Positions 9,076-19,194 of a stretch of DNA of 64,000 nucleotides are shown piece after piece (the first letter of the stretch is position 1; the number at the start of each line of letters is the position of its first letter). The DNA comes from Burkholderiales bacterium (GTDB lineage: Bacteria > Pseudomonadota > Gammaproteobacteria > Burkholderiales > JACQAP01). The notes under the pieces were generated by a model that saw only the letters and a program-made list of their open reading frames with translations, had not been told where the DNA came from and did not search any database. The DNA lies in assembly GCA_046155535.1 (NCBI GenBank), contig JBJXFN010000129.1, forward strand, positions 9,659 through 73,658, read 5' to 3'. Position numbers and translations under genes: made by a program.

Positions 9076-11112
9076 TTAGAGAACCGGCACCAGCAGCAAT
9101 GCGACGAGGTTGATGATCTTAATGAGCGGGTTGACTGCCGGGCCGGCGGTGTCCTTGTAGGGATCGCCAACCGTGTCGCCGGTCACCGCGGCCTTGTGGG
9201 TTTCGGAGCCTTTGCCGCCGAAGTTGCCATCTTCAATATATTTCTTGGCGTTGTCCCAGGCACCGCCGCCGGTGGTCATCGAAATGGCGACGAACAGGCC
9301 GGTGACAATGGTGCCGATCAACAGGCCACCGAGTGCGCGTATTCCGGCGCCCGGTCCCATCAGCCAGTTCATGCCGAAGGCAACCACCACCGGCACCAGC
9401 ACCGGCAGCAGAGACGGAATCATCATTTCCTTGATGGCGGACTTGGTGAGCATGTCCACCGCGCGGGAATAATCCGGCTTGGCGGTGCCTTCCATGATGC
9501 CTTTGATTTCGCGGAATTGGCGGCGCACTTCGACTACCACCGAGCCTGCCGCACGGCCCACGGCTTCCATGGCCATCGCGCCAAACAGGTAAGGCACCAG
9601 ACCGCCGATGAACAGGCCGATGATGACGGCCGGGTCAGATAGCGAAAACACCTGCAATTTTCCAAGTGCTTCCAGATTGTGGGTGTAGTCGGCGAACAGA
9701 ACCAGCGCTGCCAGACCAGCGGAGCCGATGGCGTAGCCCTTGGTCACGGCCTTGGTGGTGTTACCCACCGCATCCAGAGGATCGGTGATGTCCCGAATCT
9801 TCGAAGGCAGGCCAGACATTTCGGCAATGCCACCGGCGTTATCGGTGATGGGGCCATAAGCATCCAGCGCTACGATCATGCCGGTCATCGACAACATGGC
9901 GGTGGCGGCGATGGCAATGCCGTACAGGCCGGCGAAAGCGTTCGCAGCCCAGATGGCGGCGCAAACCGCGAGCACCGGCAGCGCAGTGGATTTCATGGAA
10001 ACCCCGAGGCCGGCGATGATGTTGGTGCCGTGTCCGGTTTGTGAAGCTGCGGCGATGTGACGCACCGGCGCGTATTCGGTGGCGGTGTAGTACTCGGTGA
10101 TCACTACCATCAGCGCGGTGAGCACCAGGCCGACCAGCGAAGCGTAAAACAGGTTCATCGATCCCAGCGGGCTGTCGCCCATCATCTTGCCGGTGATGAA
10201 ATAGAACGCGATGGCCGCCAGGACGCCCGACACGATGACCCCTTTGTAGAGCGCGTTCATGATTTTTCCGCCATCGTTGGCTTTGACGAAGAAGGTACCG
10301 ATGATGGAGGCGATGATCGAAGCGCCGCCCAGGACCAGCGGGTAGAGCACGGCGTTGGTTCCCACCTTGTCCAGCATCAGGCCACCGAGCAACATGGTAG
10401 CCACGATGGTCACGGCATAGGTTTCGAACAAATCGGCGGCCATGCCGGCGCAGTCGCCGACGTTGTCCCCGACGTTATCGGCGATCACCGCCGGATTGCG
10501 CGGATCGTCCTCGGGAATGCCGGCCTCGACTTTGCCCACCAGATCGGCGCCGACGTCGGCGCCTTTGGTGAAGATGCCGCCGCCCAACCGCGCAAAAATC
10601 GAAATCAGCGAGGAACCGAAGGCCAGACCCACCAGGGAGTGCAGGGCCTTGTCCGGGGAAATCATGGTCAGCAGGATGCCGTAGTAGCCTGCAACGCCCA
10701 GCAGACCGAGGCCGACCACCAGCATCCCGGTGATTGCGCCGCCGCGGAAGGCAACCTGCAGCGCCGCATTGATGCCGTTGTTAGCGGCTTCGGCGGTACG
10801 CACATTCGCGCGCACCGAAACGTTCATGCCGATGTAACCTGTCAATCCCGACAGCACAGCACCGATTAGAAACCCGACAGCCGAATACCAGTCGAGTCCG
10901 AACCCGAGCACCACGAACAGAACGCCGCCAACCATGGCGATCGTGGTGTACTGGCGGTTCAGGTAGGCCTGCGCGCCTTGTTGAATGGCTGCGGCTATTT
11001 CCTGCATGCGCGAATTCCCGGCAGGCTGGCCGAGAATCCACTGAGTGGAAATCGCCCCGTAGGCAATCCCGATGATCGCGCACACCAGCGCGAAGATCAG
11101 TGCTGAAGACAT
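9076..11112 (-). CDS. hppA: Membrane-bound proton-translocating inorganic pyrophosphatase
   Basis: 678-aa polytopic protein with hallmark H+-PPase motifs [39 protein letters not shown] and [10 protein letters not shown]. Confidence 0.95.
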   Translation of the reverse strand: MSSALIFALVCAIIGIAYGAISTQWILGQPAGNSRMQEIAAAIQQGAQAYLNRQYTTIAMVGGVLFVVLGFGLDWYSAVGFLIGAVLSGLTGYIGMNVSVRANVRTAEAANNGINAALQVAFRGGAITGMLVVGLGLLGVAGYYGILLTMISPDKALHSLVGLAFGSSLISIFARLGGGIFTKGADVGADLVGKVEAGIPEDDPRNPAVIADNVGDNVGDCAGMAADLFETYAVTIVATMLLGGLMLDKVGTNAVLYPLVLGGASIIASIIGTFFVKANDGGKIMNALYKGVIVSGVLAAIAFYFITGKMMGDSPLGSMNLFYASLVGLVLTALMVVITEYYTATEYAPVRHIAAASQTGHGTNIIAGLGVSMKSTALPVLAVCAAIWAANAFAGLYGIAIAATAMLSMTGMIVALDAYGPITDNAGGIAEMSGLPSKIRDITDPLDAVGNTTKAVTKGYAIGSAGLAALVLFADYTHNLEALGKLQVFSLSDPAVIIGLFIGGLVPYLFGAMAMEAVGRAAGSVVVEVRRQFREIKGIMEGTAKPDYSRAVDMLTKSAIKEMMIPSLLPVLVPVVVAFGMNWLMGPGAGIRALGGLLIGTIVTGLFVAISMTTGGGAWDNAKKYIEDGNFGGKGSETHKAAVTGDTVGDPYKDTAGPAVNPLIKIINLVALLLVPVL

Positions 11113-11464
11113 GAATCCCCCTTATTGATATCAAATCACTGCGGAGCCGAAGAAGAAATGGGCCGACTCCCTGAACCCTGAAATGCGATGCCTGACTTGT
11201 TTATTTCACCGTCATGGCCCTTGAAAATGGGGACCGATCGGAAAAATAACGCGCGATTTTAACCGAATTGCTGCTCCGGTCCACTGGGAGATTGTGCCGA
11301 GACCGGCCCGATATGGAGTGGCCGGGGGCTGTTTCACGCCCCGGACGGTGTGGCCGCGGCACGGGAGTTTGCCGGTATCCGACCTCAGGCCGGCTTGGTC
11401 GTCCTTCCGGCCCTTCTCCGAAGGGAGCAAGGGGCCAGTGCGCGAGGCCTTCCAGGCAAGGGAG

Positions 11465-12724
11465 TCAGAGTTTGAACTCTGGCAGTTTGCGGGCAACCGC
11501 GATATTTTTGAGCGTCACATAACGTGGCAGTCCGTCCCGAAACGGCGGGTAATCCTCGCCCTGGATCAACGGGGCGAGATAGGTCCGGCATTTTGCGGTG
11601 ATGGAGAAGCCGTCTTCGGAAATAAAGTCGCGCGGCATGAATTTTTCGCGATTGGCCACGTCCTTGAGTTCGGCCACTCCGATGCTCCACCTGTAGGGTT
11701 TTGCGGACTTGCGCACAATCGTTGGCATGACCGCATTGCGCCCCTGCAAGGCGAGTTCCACCGCGGACTTGCCCACGGCATAGGCTTGGAGGACGTCGGT
11801 TTTGGAGGCGATGTGGCGGGCGGCCCGCTGCAGATAGTCCGCCACGCCCCAGTGATACTTGAGTTTGAGTCCCTGTTTGATGATGCCCGCCACCACTGGC
11901 GCCACACCGCCGAGCTGGGCGTGGCCGAACGCGTCGCGCAAGCCCTGGTCGGACAAAAACTTGCCGTCGCCGCCCTTTACGCCTTCCGACACGACGACCG
12001 AGCAATAACCATGTTTTTTGACCATGGTATCGACCTTGGCCAGAAACTTCCCCTCATCGAACACGATTTCCGGAAAAAGGATCACGATCGGCAATTCTGA
12101 CTCTGAGCTGCTGGCCAGTCCTCCCGCAGCCGCGATCCACCCGGCATGGCGGCCCATGACCTCCAGCACAAAGACCTTGGTCGAGGTCTTGGCCATGCTG
12201 GCAACGTCGAAACTGGCTTCGCGCATCGACACCGCCACGTATTTGGCGACCGAGCCGAATCCCGGACAGCAATCGGTGATCGGCAGATCGTTATCGACGG
12301 TCTTGGGGATGTGAATGGCCTGCAACGGACAACCCAGGGTGGCCGACAATTGCGACACTTTCAGGCAAGTATCGGCCGAGTCGCCGCCACCGTTGTAGAA
12401 GAAGTATCCGATGTTGTGCGCCCGGAAGACCTCGATCAGACGTTCGTATTGCGCCCGGTTTTCTTCCAGGCCCTTGAGTTTGTAGCGGCACGAACCAAAA
12501 GCCCCGGACGGGGTATGCCGGAGCGCGGCAATCGCGGCAGCGGTTTCCTTGCCCGTGTCGATCAGGTCTTCGGTCAGGGCGCCGATGATGCCGTTTCGTC
12601 CGGCGAATACCTTGCCGATTTTTGTTTTGTGTTTGCGGGCCGTCTCGATGACCCCGGCGGCCGAGCTGTTGATGACGGCGGTAACCCCGCCGGACTGGGC
12701 ATAGAACGCATTTCGTTTTTTCAT
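11465..12724 (-). CDS. pfp: Pyrophosphate-dependent 6-phosphofructokinase
   Basis: From ATG at 12724 (SD GGAGG): MKKRNAFYAQSGGVTAVINSSAAG...GGGDS...PKTVDNDL...MGRHAGW. Sits upstream of hppA, as in methanotroph pfp-hpp operons. Confidence 0.9.
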   Translation of the reverse strand: MKKRNAFYAQSGGVTAVINSSAAGVIETARKHKTKIGKVFAGRNGIIGALTEDLIDTGKETAAAIAALRHTPSGAFGSCRYKLKGLEENRAQYERLIEVFRAHNIGYFFYNGGGDSADTCLKVSQLSATLGCPLQAIHIPKTVDNDLPITDCCPGFGSVAKYVAVSMREASFDVASMAKTSTKVFVLEVMGRHAGWIAAAGGLASSSESELPIVILFPEIVFDEGKFLAKVDTMVKKHGYCSVVVSEGVKGGDGKFLSDQGLRDAFGHAQLGGVAPVVAGIIKQGLKLKYHWGVADYLQRAARHIASKTDVLQAYAVGKSAVELALQGRNAVMPTIVRKSAKPYRWSIGVAELKDVANREKFMPRDFISEDGFSITAKCRTYLAPLIQGEDYPPFRDGLPRYVTLKNIAVARKLPEFKL

Positions 12725-12749
12725 GATGACCTCCGTAAGACAATGTTCA

Positions 12750-12932
12750 CCACGGAGGACACGGAGAACACGGAGAAAAACATAAAGACAAATTTGAATG
12801 GGAAAACGAGGGGCAAATGTTTCTCCCGCGTTCGGATTGCATGCCGTCGACGCACCGCCAACGTACAAATATCCCCAATACTTTATTCCTCCGATCTCTT
12901 GTTCTTCTCCGTGTTCTCCGTGTCCTCCGTGG
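12750..12932. repeat. Hairpin element: perfect 28-bp inverted repeats made of three tandem 9-mers (CACGGAGRA), 127-bp spacer
   Basis: 12750-12777 CCACGGAGGACACGGAGAACACGGAGAA is the exact reverse complement of 12905-12932. Lies between the adk stop and the pfp start. Confidence 0.85.
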
Positions 12933-12941
12933 TTCAATTCA

Positions 12942-13655
<714 letters not shown>

Positions 13656-14432
13656 TTATAAGTCCCGCAGGGAATCGGCGGAAAACCGGCGCCGCACGTT
13701 TTCCAGGTCGGCAGGCGTATCGACGCCCGGGTCCGGCGCATCATGGGTGACGGCGACCCGGATCCGGAATCCATGCCAGAGCACGCGCAATTGTTCGAGC
13801 GCCTCGAAAGTTTCAATGTGCGCGGCCTCCAGCGTTGCGTAAGTCTGGAGAAATCTGCATCGGTAGGCATACAGGCCGAGATGCCGGAAAACCGGCAGGC
13901 CCTCTGGCAGTTGCCGGACAGGCTTCGCGAACGCATCTCGCGCATAGGGAATCGGCGCCCGTGAAAAATAAAGTGCCTGTCCGTTTTTGTCGAGTACGAC
14001 TTTCACGACATTGGGATCGAAGGTTTCCGAAACCGATTGCATCGGGTGGCAGGCGGTCGCGACGTCAGCGTCCGCATGATCCTGTAACTGCGCGGCCACG
14101 GCCGCGATGAGCGCGCCGGGAATTCTAGGTTCATCCCCCTGGACATTGACCACGATCTGGTCTGCATGCCAGCCGCGAATCGCGGCGACCTCTGCGAGGC
14201 GGTCGGTGCCCGACAGGTGGTCCGCGCGGGTCATCATGGCGGTGTGCCCATGTTGCCGCACGGCCTCCGCGATTCGCAGGTCATCGGTGGCAACGATGAC
14301 TTCCGCAGCGCCGGATTGCCGCGCACGGTCCGCGACATGCACGACCATGGGTCTGCCGGCAATATCCGCCAGCGGTTTGCCAGGGAGCCGCGACGAGGCG
14401 AAGCGCGCGGGGATGACAACGACGAAATTCAT
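13656..14432 (-). CDS. kdsB: 3-deoxy-manno-octulosonate cytidylyltransferase
   Basis: [33 protein letters not shown]... ATG at 14432. No SD, because the heptamer repeat abuts the start codon. Confidence 0.9.
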   Translation of the reverse strand: MNFVVVIPARFASSRLPGKPLADIAGRPMVVHVADRARQSGAAEVIVATDDLRIAEAVRQHGHTAMMTRADHLSGTDRLAEVAAIRGWHADQIVVNVQGDEPRIPGALIAAVAAQLQDHADADVATACHPMQSVSETFDPNVVKVVLDKNGQALYFSRAPIPYARDAFAKPVRQLPEGLPVFRHLGLYAYRCRFLQTYATLEAAHIETFEALEQLRVLWHGFRIRVAVTHDAPDPGVDTPADLENVRRRFSADSLRDL

Positions 14433-14529
14433 GTGACGGGTGACGGGTGACAAGTGACGGACAGGTCAGACTCGGGGCGCGTGCGACGGATTTTCCTTCT
14501 CCTCACGAGTCACTTCTTACTTGTCACTC
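14433..14529. repeat. Tandem-heptamer hairpin element (GTGACGG type)
   Basis: Left arm GTGACGG GTGACGG GTGACAA GTGACGG. Right arm, reverse-complemented: GTGACAA GTAAGAA GTGACTC GTGAG. Fills the whole trm112-kdsB gap. Confidence 0.8.
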
Positions 14530-14707
14530 AAACTTCCTCCTCCGGAGGAAGCTTGCGCGCTTCGTCGTCCAGCATGACTGGAATGTCGTCCTGGATCGGG
14601 TAGGCGAGTCGGCACGGCTTGCAGAGCAGTTCTCGCTCCGGTTTCTTGTACAGCAGTGGGCCCTTGCAAAGCGGGCAGACCAGGATATCAAGCAGTTTTG
14701 GATCCAT
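14528..14707 (-). CDS. Trm112/YcaR (UPF0434) family zinc-ribbon protein, 59 aa (below the ORF-track cutoff)
   Basis: Reverse-strand translation [59 protein letters not shown]. Canonical position between lpxK and kdsB. Confidence 0.75.
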   Translation of the reverse strand: MDPKLLDILVCPLCKGPLLYKKPERELLCKPCRLAYPIQDDIPVMLDDEARKLPPEEEV

Positions 14708-15710
14708 GCCGGGCTTTCAGTTTGTGGAGAACGATGCGGCCAAGTTCGGGATCGACGCTGGCCTCCACGGGCAGATACCAGTGGGTCTCCAGAGCGAAGC
14801 GCCGGCATTTTATCGCATCCTTCTCGGTCATGATCACGACATCGGCATCCTTGAACGCAAGATCGGAAGGCACAAAAGCATGGTGATCGGGAAATGGGTG
14901 CCCGACAAAACTCAATCCCAGCCGCTGCAGATGTGCAAAGAACCGCCCCGGGTTGCCGATGGCAGCGATGGCGTGTATCTGTTTTCCGGCAAATCCGCTT
15001 GCCGCGGTTCGAAATTGCGGATTCAGGAGGTTGACGCATTCACCACCGTCCAGGTTCATGCGCAAGGGACGGGGGGCGCCCGGCAGGCGCGCGGTTAGTT
15101 CACCGTTGACCACGACGGCATCGACTCTTGTCAGCCGATCGGCGCCTTCCCGCAATGGCCCGGCCGGCAGCCGTCGGCCGTTGCCCAGGCCGCGCGCACC
15201 ATCAACGACGGCAATTTCCATATCGCGCGCCAAGCCGAAATGTTGCAACCCGTCGTCGCTGATCAGGACATTGCAATCGGGATGGGATTTCAGCAGACCG
15301 GCAGCCGCCGCCGCGCGCGAGTAACCGATCCATACGGGACACCGGCTGCGTTGCGCAAGCATCACCGGTTCGTCCCCGGCAATCGCGGGATCGGTGTTCG
15401 CCGTCACAGCCCGGGTTGCCCCGACGCCGCCGTAACCGCGACTGATGATTCCCGGGGCAAAGCCTTGTTCGCGGAGAAACTCGCATAACCAGAGGACCAG
15501 CGGGGTTTTTCCGGTGCCGCCGGCGTTGATATTGCCGACAACGATCACGGGAACCGGCATCGACCGAATTTTTATCAGGCCGATGTGGTACGCGGCTGCC
15601 CGCGCTGCAGCGAGCATCGCGAATACCCCCGCCACAGGCAGCAGCAGGACGGAAACGAAGGAAGGTTGATACCAGATGTGTTCCCAGGACAGCATCGAAG
15701 CCTTGCGCAT
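14688..15710 (-). CDS. lpxK: Tetraacyldisaccharide 4'-kinase
   Basis: P-loop [16 protein letters not shown]. 340 aa. lpxK-trm112-kdsB synteny. Confidence 0.9.
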   Translation of the reverse strand: MRKASMLSWEHIWYQPSFVSVLLLPVAGVFAMLAAARAAAYHIGLIKIRSMPVPVIVVGNINAGGTGKTPLVLWLCEFLREQGFAPGIISRGYGGVGATRAVTANTDPAIAGDEPVMLAQRSRCPVWIGYSRAAAAAGLLKSHPDCNVLISDDGLQHFGLARDMEIAVVDGARGLGNGRRLPAGPLREGADRLTRVDAVVVNGELTARLPGAPRPLRMNLDGGECVNLLNPQFRTAASGFAGKQIHAIAAIGNPGRFFAHLQRLGLSFVGHPFPDHHAFVPSDLAFKDADVVIMTEKDAIKCRRFALETHWYLPVEASVDPELGRIVLHKLKARHGSKTA

Positions 15711-15751
15711 GGCCAGTGATGCCTGGGTGTCGAAGGGCGATGTGCCGCCGC

Positions 15752-16168
15752 TCAGCGTTTCTGCTGGGTGGTAAACGTGATGCGCGCCATCCCGGCGACA
15801 CGCGCGGCTTCCATCACATTGATGACAGACTGATGCGTGGCACCGGCATCTGCGTTGATGATGATGACCGGATCTGGATGATCGCCGGCGGCGCGACGCA
15901 ATTCGGCACCCAGCGCGTCAGGTGTGGTGAAGACGACGTTGGTGCGATTGATCACGTATTGACCGGACGCGGAGATGCCGACGTTGATCTGGCTCGGCCG
16001 GTCTGCCGGTTTGTTCGCCTCGGCGGTCGGCAAATTGATCTGAAGCTCGGAAAATCGAGAATAGGAAGTCGTGACCGCCAGAAAAATCACAATCACGATC
16101 AGTACGTCGATAAAGGGAACCAGATTTATCTCAGGCTCTTCACGAAACGATCCGCGGCGGAAATTCAT
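15752..16168 (-). CDS. exbD: ExbD/TolR family biopolymer transport protein
   Basis: Internal ATG at 16168: MNFRRGSFREEPEINLVPFIDVLIVIVIFL... (138 aa). The longer listed ORF overlaps exbB out of frame. Confidence 0.85.
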   Translation of the reverse strand: MNFRRGSFREEPEINLVPFIDVLIVIVIFLAVTTSYSRFSELQINLPTAEANKPADRPSQINVGISASGQYVINRTNVVFTTPDALGAELRRAAGDHPDPVIIINADAGATHQSVINVMEAARVAGMARITFTTQQKR

Positions 16169-16185
16169 CGGGGGCTCCTGCGGGG

Positions 16186-16797
16186 CTATGCCTTGCGCTC
16201 GCCGTGGATGATCTCGACCAGCTTGACCGCCTGGATTTCCATTTCGACGACCAGCGTATCCGCGCGCGCGCGGAAATGCCGGTAGAAAACCAGACTGGGC
16301 ACGGCAACAATGATGCCGAATGCGGCGTTGTATAGCGCAATGGAGATGCCGTGGGCGAGCTGGGCCGGATTGGCCACGCCGGTGGGGCCCTGGGAGCCGA
16401 AGATTTCGATCATGCCGATGATGGTGCCAAGCAGACCCAGCAGCGGTGACATGGTGGCGATGGTGCCCAGTGTGGTGAGGAAACGGTCCAGCTCGTGGGC
16501 CACGCTCCGGCCGGCTTCTTCGATGGTTTCCCTCATGACTTCCCGCGTACTGCCTACATTTTTCAGAGCCTCGGCAAAAATTCTTCCCAGTGCGGATCCC
16601 TGCGCAACGCGTTGCAGCATGTCTGCACTCACGCCTTTTTGCCGATATTCGCTGACGACCCGGCCGAGCAGATCGCGCGGCGCGACCACTGACTGGCGCA
16701 GGCTGTAAAAACGCTCGCCGATGATGCCAACCGCGACGATCGAACAAAAAATGATTGGCCAGATCGGCCATCCGGCCGCTTCAATGATGTGTAGCAC
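16186..16797 (-). CDS. exbB: MotA/TolQ/ExbB proton-channel family protein
   Basis: 203 aa with three TM segments. TLGTIATMSPLLGLLGTIIGMIEIF motif. Confidence 0.85.
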   Translation of the reverse strand: MLHIIEAAGWPIWPIIFCSIVAVGIIGERFYSLRQSVVAPRDLLGRVVSEYRQKGVSADMLQRVAQGSALGRIFAEALKNVGSTREVMRETIEEAGRSVAHELDRFLTTLGTIATMSPLLGLLGTIIGMIEIFGSQGPTGVANPAQLAHGISIALYNAAFGIIVAVPSLVFYRHFRARADTLVVEMEIQAVKLVEIIHGERKA

Positions 16798-16930
16798 CCG
16801 CGCACTCCTTGCTGGTAAAAGCGCGTCACTGTAAACCGCATCCTCTGGACGGGCAAGTTACGACACTAAGATCCATTGCGGACTTGACACCAGGATGGAA
16901 ATGTTTTTAGCGCCGGAAAAGTTGTCCACA

Positions 16931-16953
16931 AACTGTGTGGATAACGCTGTGCA
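16931..16953. promoter_or_regulatory. Pair of inverted DnaA boxes inside an AT-rich island of about 300 bp
   Basis: TTGTCCACA (8/9 match) followed by AACTG and then TGTGGATAA, the perfect reverse complement of TTATCCACA. An A/T tract at 17010-17060 is nearby. Confidence 0.35.
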
Positions 16954-17256
16954 TAGTTTCTGGAATCCTTACATAAGTCGGTTTCCAGTAAGCTTTTTTC
17001 GTCTGGCGATGAAAATTTGTTCTTTGATAAATACAATAAAAAACAATTGGTTAATAACGTCTCTATGGGCAATTTGGAGACGCCGGACAGCGCGCATTTC
17101 GGTTGGATGACGATTGGGGATGGTATGGACAAACGTAACAGTGGTTGTCAAGCCTGTTTGTGATCGCTTTTGGCGATGCGATCCCGTGCATGCCCGACAC
17201 CACCAGCGCTCGAAATGCCGTGCGGCGCACGTGCGGACCCGCGTAAACTTTTGCGA

Positions 17257-18600
17257 ATGAATACTGCGAATATTCGCACCGGGGTCGTGACTGTCAGCGA
17301 ACTGAATCGGCGCGCACGCGAGCTTGTCGAGTCGGGCCTGCCCTTGTTGTGGGTGGCGGGGGAAGTGTCCAATTTCACGCGCGCCGTGTCGGGCCACTGT
17401 TATTTCTCCATCAAGGATGCCACCGCCCAGGTGCGCTGCGTGTTTTTTCGTCACAAGGCCGCGGCCATGGACTGGCGTCCCGAAAACGGCATGCAGGTGG
17501 AGGTCAACGCGCTACCGACGCTCTATGAAGCACGTGGCGAATTCCAATTGACGGTCGAAACCATGCGGCGTGCCGGCACCGGCGCGCTGTTTGAGGAATT
17601 TGAGAGGCTGAAGAAAAAGCTTGATGCCGAAGGACTGTTCGATGTCAGTCGGAAAAAAATCCTTCCCCAATTGCCACGTACCGTAGGCATTGTCACATCA
17701 CCCCGTGCCGCCGCATTGCGCGACGTGTTGAGTACCCTGGCGCGCCGCATGCCGGGGATACGCGTGATCATTTATCCCTGCCCGGTGCAGGGAGCGGGCG
17801 CCGGGGACAAAATTGCGGAAGCCCTGCGTGTGGCGGCAGCGCGCGCGGAGGTGGAAGTATTGATCCTGTGCCGCGGTGGCGGCAGCATGGAGGATCTCTG
17901 GTCATTCAACGAGGAAGTGGTGGCGCGCGCGATCGCGGAGTCGAAGCTGCCGGTGGTGACGGGCGTTGGTCACGAAACGGACTTTACGATTGCCGACTTT
18001 GCTGCCGATCTGCGTGGACCCACACCGACTGCGGCAGCGGAGATGGTGAGCCCCGATCGCGCCGAGTTGGCGGGACTGCTGCTCGCGTTGCAGCAACGGC
18101 TGCAGCGCGGCCTGCGACGGGCGATCGAGGCGCGCATGCAACATATCGACCATCTGGGCAAGCGACTGCGCCACCCCGGCGAACGCCTCCGGGAGCGAGG
18201 GCGCCAACTTGAACAATTCGCAGGTCGGTTGCGGGCGGCAGCTGCGCGGGGGTTGGAAAACAAGGTCTGGGAGTTGAATGGCTTTCGGCAGCGCGTGCAG
18301 TCCGCCGTACCGGATCTGGCGGGATACGTCCTGCGCCAGCAGAGTCTGCGCGTGCAACTGAATCAGGCGCATGCCCGGCTCACCGATCGAGCCGTGGCCC
18401 GGCTTGCCGCGCTCCGTGCGGGCTTGCAAGGCCTGAATCCGCACGCTGTGCTGGAGCGCGGCTATAGCATTGTGGCGGGCCCGGATGGCCGAGTCGTCAG
18501 AGCAGCAGCGCAAATCGCAGTGGGCGAGAGACTTTCCATTTTGTTTTCGCGCGGCTCGGCGGTGGCGGAAGTGGAAAGCACCCGGGAGACCGACCCCTGA
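17257..18600 (+). CDS. xseA: Exodeoxyribonuclease VII large subunit
   Basis: From ATG at 17257: MNTANIRTGVVTVSELNRRARELVESGLPLLWVAGEVSNF...SGHCYFSIKD...GRGGGS.EDLW. Confidence 0.9.
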   Translation: MNTANIRTGVVTVSELNRRARELVESGLPLLWVAGEVSNFTRAVSGHCYFSIKDATAQVRCVFFRHKAAAMDWRPENGMQVEVNALPTLYEARGEFQLTVETMRRAGTGALFEEFERLKKKLDAEGLFDVSRKKILPQLPRTVGIVTSPRAAALRDVLSTLARRMPGIRVIIYPCPVQGAGAGDKIAEALRVAAARAEVEVLILCRGGGSMEDLWSFNEEVVARAIAESKLPVVTGVGHETDFTIADFAADLRGPTPTAAAEMVSPDRAELAGLLLALQQRLQRGLRRAIEARMQHIDHLGKRLRHPGERLRERGRQLEQFAGRLRAAAARGLENKVWELNGFRQRVQSAVPDLAGYVLRQQSLRVQLNQAHARLTDRAVARLAALRAGLQGLNPHAVLERGYSIVAGPDGRVVRAAAQIAVGERLSILFSRGSAVAEVESTRETDP

Positions 18601-18715
18601 TCCCTGCTCGTTCGCCGGCGGAATATCGTATGCTTCGTGGGCATTCGTTTGCGGCTGCGCCGGGCGAATTCTTCCCCGGCAGCCGATTTTTTCAATATTG
18701 AGGAGGAACCATCCC

Positions 18716-19189
18716 ATGAATCGATTTGTAAAGGTATTCACCGCGGGCATGTTTTTGGCCGCATCTTTTGGCGCACTGGGGCAGACCGTCGACAAAAAGG
18801 TGCTCAATCTGGAGGGCGCTAAAAAAGCGGCGGCGGCTGCGGAAGCGGAGGCCAGGAAGAACAACTGGAACGTGGTCATCGCGATCGTGGACGACGGCGG
18901 TCACCTGCTCTACCTGCAACGCATGGATGGCACCCAGACGGGAAGTATCGATGTCGCCATCGGCAAGGCTCGTACTTCGGCGGCGTTCAGGCGTCCGACC
19001 AAGGTTTTCGACGAATTGGCCAAGACGCGGCCTTCCATTATCTCCATTTCGCCTGACGCAGTGCTGCTCGAGGGTGGTGTACCGATCATGGCGGGCGGAC
19101 AGGTGATGGGTGCCGTTGGCGTAAGCGGCGTCACTTCGCAGCAGGATGCTCAGATTGCCGAGGCGGGCATCGCGGCGCTGGGCCTGTAA
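18716..19189 (+). CDS. GlcG/HbpS-like (DUF336) haem-binding family protein, secreted
   Basis: AGGAGG then ATG at 18716. Signal peptide MNRFVKVFTAGMFLAASFGALG. Also VIAIVDDGGHLLYLQRMDG...AIGKARTSA. Confidence 0.75.
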   Translation: MNRFVKVFTAGMFLAASFGALGQTVDKKVLNLEGAKKAAAAAEAEARKNNWNVVIAIVDDGGHLLYLQRMDGTQTGSIDVAIGKARTSAAFRRPTKVFDELAKTRPSIISISPDAVLLEGGVPIMAGGQVMGAVGVSGVTSQQDAQIAEAGIAALGL

Positions 19190-19194
19190 AGCGT

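Noticed and set aside
11113-11464. A possible riboswitch, sRNA or small gene in the pfp-hppA spacer (ORFs 11212-11496 and 11268-11522).
   Set aside because: No motif I can recognise, and the ORFs have shadow-like composition. It cannot be resolved without a covariance-model scan.
15752-16771. A 339-aa ORF spanning exbD and most of exbB.
   Set aside because: Only the last 138 codons match ExbD/TolR. The upstream part overlaps the well-supported exbB frame and has Arg/Pro/Gly shadow composition.
16860-17170. The AT-rich island as the chromosomal replication origin.
   Set aside because: Only two DnaA boxes were found, and no dnaA/dnaN/gidA/rpmH context is present. It is kept as a lower-confidence regulatory observation instead.
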